Shown here one piece after another: positions 60,028-64,000 of a stretch of DNA of 64,000 nucleotides (position 1 is its first letter; each line of letters opens with the position of its first letter). Where the stretch lies: contig CBDCWI010000002.1 in assembly GCA_965223325.1 (NCBI GenBank), positions 1,824,001-1,888,000 on the forward strand, given 5' to 3'. Below the pieces are notes generated by a model that was not told where the DNA came from, did not search any database, and was given only the letters and a program-made list of their open reading frames with translations. The stretch is from Candidatus Multivoradales bacterium (GTDB lineage Bacteria; Acidobacteriota; Thermoanaerobaculia; Multivoradales; Multivoraceae). A program made the translations under genes and the position numbers.

Positions 60028-62445
60028 TCACTCTGAGCGAAGCGTTGAGCTCGGATCGACCCGCACAGCCCGCCTGGCGGGGACGTAGCCGGCAATGACG
60101 GTCGCCCCCAGCAAGAGCGCAACGACGACACTGAAGACCGCTGGGTCACGCGCGCTCACTCCTTGCAACATGCTGGCACCAAGTCTCGTCACCAGCAGCG
60201 CAAAGAGAACTCCCAGGCCGACGCCGCCGATCGCCAGAGCCAGGACCCTCGCCAGCACCATCTGCAGGAGATCACGCGGTGACGCACCGAGTGCAGTCCG
60301 TATTGCCATCTCACGCATCCGTCGCACGATCGAATCCGCCGTCAGTCCGTAGAGTCCAACGAGCGCAATCAGAGTTGCCAGCAGAGCGTAGACGGTGAAT
60401 TGCTGACTGAAGAGTCGCCCGACCCACTCGACGCGGTCGACCGCCTCAGCCATCGAAAGGACGTCCCCGACGGGAACGCCAGGGAGTGCGCTGGCCAGCG
60501 CACCTCGCAGGCGCCCTGCCGCGGACGGAAGCGGAGTCTCAGTCGTCACCAGAACCGTCACCGTCGACACCTCGTTCGTCGCGAAGGGAACGTAGAGCTG
60601 AGTCTTCGCCTGATCTCCGAAGTCGACCATGCTCTGCCCGGGTCGAACATCAGGAACGACGCCAACCACCGACATCAAGGGCCTCTCCGCACCGGCTCCC
60701 TGCTGAAGTCTCCGGCCGACGACGTCGATAGAGCCCCAGAGCTCGCGCGCCAGCCCTTCGCTCACGATCGCCACCGGTGCACCCTCAACCTCTTCCACTC
60801 GACTGAACAGGCGGCCGCGCGCCGCTTCTAGCCCCAGGGCATCGAAGTACCCGCGGCTGACCACCAACAAGGCCCCCTCAACTTCCTCTCCGGGCACGGT
60901 GTTACGGCCCTCCGCCTCGACTTTGACGACGGCATTCGACATCGAGACCGGCAGTCGGCTGGTGATTCCCGGCGCCTCGAACTCGGCCTGGCCAGCCAGC
61001 GCGGCCATCAAGCGCTCAACGGTCGCACTCTTTTGCCCCTGCGCCTCGTAGTCCGAGCCAACCAGCGACAGCTCGGCAACCAACACACCGTCTACCTCGT
61101 AGCCCAACGGCTGGGCCTTCCCCACCAGAACGCTCTTGACCATCAAGAACGCCGCGATCAAGAGCGCGGTCGAGATCGCGAGTTCACCGACGATCAGAAG
61201 TCGGCGGAGCCCAACGGCCGAACGACTCGAGCCGCCGCGCGCGCCGCCCGAGCGAAGCACCGTTTGAACGTCGAACCGAGATGTGCGCGCCACCGGGGCC
61301 AGCGCGCAGACGAAGCCGGCGAAAACCGCCACCGCCAGAGTGTAGAGAGCGGCGGAATAGCTGAACCCCATCGAAAACAGGTAGGGCGGGTCAACGGGAA
61401 CCAGTTCGAGTTGCCAGCGAACCGTCAGGCTGCCGATCCACGCACCGAGAAGGCCTCCCGGCACCGCCAGCAGCATCGCTTCGATGATGTTCTGCCGCAC
61501 AAGACGACCCGGACTCGCGCCGAGGGCCGTGCGCAGCGCGTACTCGCGGGTCCGCGCGCTCGCCCTGGCGAGCATCAGGCCGGCGACATTGGCACAGATG
61601 ACCAGCAACACGAAGATTCCCATCGCCAGGGACGCCGAGATCGCTAGCGTAATCACCGGCGGCACGAAGGCTTCTCGCAAGCTTTGAACGTGCACGCTCC
61701 AGCCCCGGTTGGTTTCGGGAAACTGGCCCGCGGTGCGTTCGGCAAGCGCCGAGAGCTCCGTCTGGGCGGTCTCAATGCTCGCGTGCGGAGCGAGACGCGC
61801 AATGACGTCCAGCCATCTCTGGTCGCGTGGGCCTTCGTCGAGCTCGAGTCCCAGCGGCGTCCAGACGTCGGACCATTCGGGAAAGGCAAAGCCCTCTTCC
61901 ATCACGCCGACGATCTCGCGGACGCGCCCGTCGACACGGATCTCGCGGCCTACAACCTGTGGATCTCCTGCGTACCGCTGTTCCCAGATCTGATGCGAGA
62001 TAAGCGCCACATCTCGAGCGGCGCCTGGCAGGTCGTCTTCTTGCGTGAAGGTTCGCCCGAGAATCGGCTGCTTGCCGAGCATTGGAAACAGGCTCGACGT
62101 GACCCGAGCCCCAAAAACCCGAACCACCTCGACATCGTTCCCGAGATTGAAGTTCGCACGGCTATAGGCACCCATCTCAGAAAAGGAGAGCGCCTCACGC
62201 GACCAGTCTCCCAACGCCCTTGGCGAGACCGCGCGCTCGAACCGATGGAAGGCCGGCTGGGACTCGCTGACCGCCACCAGACGCTCGGGATCGTCGAAGT
62301 CGAGGGGCCTGAGAACCCACGCCTCGAAGCCCGAGAACATGCCGGTGTTGGCGCCGATCCCCAGCCCGAGAACCAGAACCATGCTGAGCGTCCAGCCGGG
62401 ACGACTCAGCAATTGCCTGACACCGTATTTGAGATCTCGAATCAC
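60028..62445 (-). CDS. ADOP-type duplicated MacB/FtsX permease
   Basis: IRDLKYGVR, ICANVAGL, RTALGA, RVDPSSTLRSE; GTG 62445 after GAGGAG. Confidence 0.9.
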   Translation of the reverse strand: MIRDLKYGVRQLLSRPGWTLSMVLVLGLGIGANTGMFSGFEAWVLRPLDFDDPERLVAVSESQPAFHRFERAVSPRALGDWSREALSFSEMGAYSRANFNLGNDVEVVRVFGARVTSSLFPMLGKQPILGRTFTQEDDLPGAARDVALISHQIWEQRYAGDPQVVGREIRVDGRVREIVGVMEEGFAFPEWSDVWTPLGLELDEGPRDQRWLDVIARLAPHASIETAQTELSALAERTAGQFPETNRGWSVHVQSLREAFVPPVITLAISASLAMGIFVLLVICANVAGLMLARASARTREYALRTALGASPGRLVRQNIIEAMLLAVPGGLLGAWIGSLTVRWQLELVPVDPPYLFSMGFSYSAALYTLAVAVFAGFVCALAPVARTSRFDVQTVLRSGGARGGSSRSAVGLRRLLIVGELAISTALLIAAFLMVKSVLVGKAQPLGYEVDGVLVAELSLVGSDYEAQGQKSATVERLMAALAGQAEFEAPGITSRLPVSMSNAVVKVEAEGRNTVPGEEVEGALLVVSRGYFDALGLEAARGRLFSRVEEVEGAPVAIVSEGLARELWGSIDVVGRRLQQGAGAERPLMSVVGVVPDVRPGQSMVDFGDQAKTQLYVPFATNEVSTVTVLVTTETPLPSAAGRLRGALASALPGVPVGDVLSMAEAVDRVEWVGRLFSQQFTVYALLATLIALVGLYGLTADSIVRRMREMAIRTALGASPRDLLQMVLARVLALAIGGVGLGVLFALLVTRLGASMLQGVSARDPAVFSVVVALLLGATVIAGYVPARRAVRVDPSSTLRSE

Positions 62446-62697
62446 GGCTGCGATCTCCTCCTCTGGAACAAGTTCGTCGAAGTCCGTCGCATTGGTCTCA
62501 ATACGAGGGCGGCGCGACGCATGTTCCAGCGTCGGCGCGAGCAACGTGCTGAAACCCTGATGACATTCGGGTCACGACCTCTCTTAGCCCTCCATCGGGA
62601 GCGGCGATCCGATCATCGGCCTTCGTCAACATCGATCTCAACGACCGCGATGATCTCTCTCTCGCAGGTGAGGGTGCGGCGAACGCGACAGCTACCA

Positions 62698-62790
62698 GAC
62701 GTGCTGGTCGAGGACAATGTTACGAGTGCCATGGCGGCCGACTTCACGCCTCCGGCCGGGCCCGAACACTGCTCGATCAACGTCTTCGCC
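62698..62790 (+). pseudogene. Internally deleted remnant of a paralog of 55780-58851
   Basis: DVLVEDNV joined to AADFTPPAGPEHCSINVF versus AADYTPPGGSEDCSINVF at about 57094-57147. Confidence 0.7.
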
Positions 62791-62857
62791 ACCCCCACAG
62801 TCAGGGGGACTTCCCGCGCCGCACCAAGGGCGCGGCGCAGGCTCTTCGCTCTGGGGC

Positions 62858-64000
62858 CTACTGCCCGGGCTGATATGTGCGGGTGGCGCGTGAATCGACA
62901 TCGTCGCGGTAGTAGGCAACGTCTTTGAACTGGCGCTCGACGTAGCGCTCGGCCTGATCGTCGAAGTGCAGCGACAGAGGGTCGCCGCTTTGACCACCCG
63001 CCAAGAGACTCCTGGCGCGCACCTTGTCGCCGAACTCGACCACCGCGACGAAGCTGTTGCCGCTCGTGCCGTAGATACGTCTCGTGTTCTCTCCTGCTCG
63101 TGCACCAAAGGAGGCCAGGGCGCCCCACCGTCCTGACGCCATACCGACCGGCAAGCTGGGGCGCTGGTCGTCGAATTGCTGCTCAATCGCTCCATCGAGA
63201 CGCTGGTAACGGTTGATCTCGCCCCACGGAGTGTCCCAACGACCGAAGTCGTCTTCGATGGTCTGGACGGCGCGGTGCAACATCTCGACGCGCTCCTCTC
63301 TCGGCGAGGCGTTCGACAGATAGGAAATGCGCTCGAGGCCCGAGAGTCCTTCGGGAACTTCGCCCTCGCGCTGGTAGATCGTGGCGTAGTAGTGCGCCAA
63401 CGACATGGCAACGGACTCGACCGAGACGGTGAAGTCCCACCTGCGCAGCACGTCGATCGCCGGCGCCAGATCAACATCAGCTGACAACCTGCCGCCTGCC
63501 TGGAGCTCGTCCCAGGCGCTGAGCAACCCTGGAATCAACACCTCGAACGCCGGCAGCGCCGGGTCGTAGGCAAGCTCGATCAAACCGTCGAGCGTCAGCT
63601 CGGTCGCCTCCTCGAGGAGCCGCACCGCATGGAGACCACGAAAGTTCTCCGGATCGGGCGCCATGTAGACCGGATAGGCCTCGCGCGCCGGACTGTTCTC
63701 TGCGGCCGCTGTGAACGGCGTCGAGTTGGCGTTCTGGATCCAGCCGTTGACCGGGTTCAGAAGCTGCACCGTCTCATCGAGCGCATGGAGACCCTGCCAA
63801 TCGGTCGCCGGATTGCTGCCATCCACGGGCCTGCCATAGTCGAAGCGCGGATCCCTGCGCGGCACGAAGTTGCCGTGGTAGTACGCGATGTTGCCGTCGC
63901 GGTCGGCGTAGACAGTGTTGTTCGACGAGTTGGTGCGAATGTTCATCATCCGGTGGAACTCGTCGTGTCCACGTGTCTTCGTGCGCGTGTAGGACTGCTC
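62858..64000 (-). CDS. Penicillin acylase / AHL acylase family Ntn hydrolase (partial, 5' end beyond window)
   Basis: YADRDGNI, GWIQNAN, WGEINR, GNSFVAVVEF, GQSGDP.S.HFDDQA. Confidence 0.9.
   Translation of the reverse strand, partial: EQSYTRTKTRGHDEFHRMMNIRTNSSNNTVYADRDGNIAYYHGNFVPRRDPRFDYGRPVDGSNPATDWQGLHALDETVQLLNPVNGWIQNANSTPFTAAAENSPAREAYPVYMAPDPENFRGLHAVRLLEEATELTLDGLIELAYDPALPAFEVLIPGLLSAWDELQAGGRLSADVDLAPAIDVLRRWDFTVSVESVAMSLAHYYATIYQREGEVPEGLSGLERISYLSNASPREERVEMLHRAVQTIEDDFGRWDTPWGEINRYQRLDGAIEQQFDDQRPSLPVGMASGRWGALASFGARAGENTRRIYGTSGNSFVAVVEFGDKVRARSLLAGGQSGDPLSLHFDDQAERYVERQFKDVAYYRDDVDSRATRTYQPGQ

Overview
GC-rich bacterial window, probably Acidobacteriota (inferred from two ADOP-type orphan permeases, Hanks kinase/TolB-propeller fusions, PadR/YtrA modules and carboxypeptidase-regulatory-like proteins). 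It is an accessory region dominated by envelope signalling: two paralogous ECF sigma/FecR pairs, two TonB-dependent receptors (one cut by an IS3-family element 12 codons before its end), three Ser/Thr kinases with periplasmic beta-propellers, a PP2C phosphatase and several secreted beta-helix/FN3 proteins. It also holds a degraded ISL3, two families of small CTAG-bounded palindromic elements and many gene remnants. No rRNA, tRNA or CRISPR array was seen. Top candidates for novelty: (1) a secreted PQQ-like beta-propeller gene with an in-frame UGA followed by a bacterial SECIS-like hairpin, a candidate new selenoprotein family; (2) an ECF/FecR pair next to a 1073-aa outer-membrane-like protein that is not a TonB-dependent transporter but carries the same N-terminal signalling extension as the canonical receptor in this window; (3) a TonB-dependent receptor embedded among three kinases and coupled to the third through a CTG start; (4) a secreted 6-Cys peptide paired with a large carboxypeptidase-regulatory-like protein. 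All family calls come from motif recognition by eye; no database searches were run.
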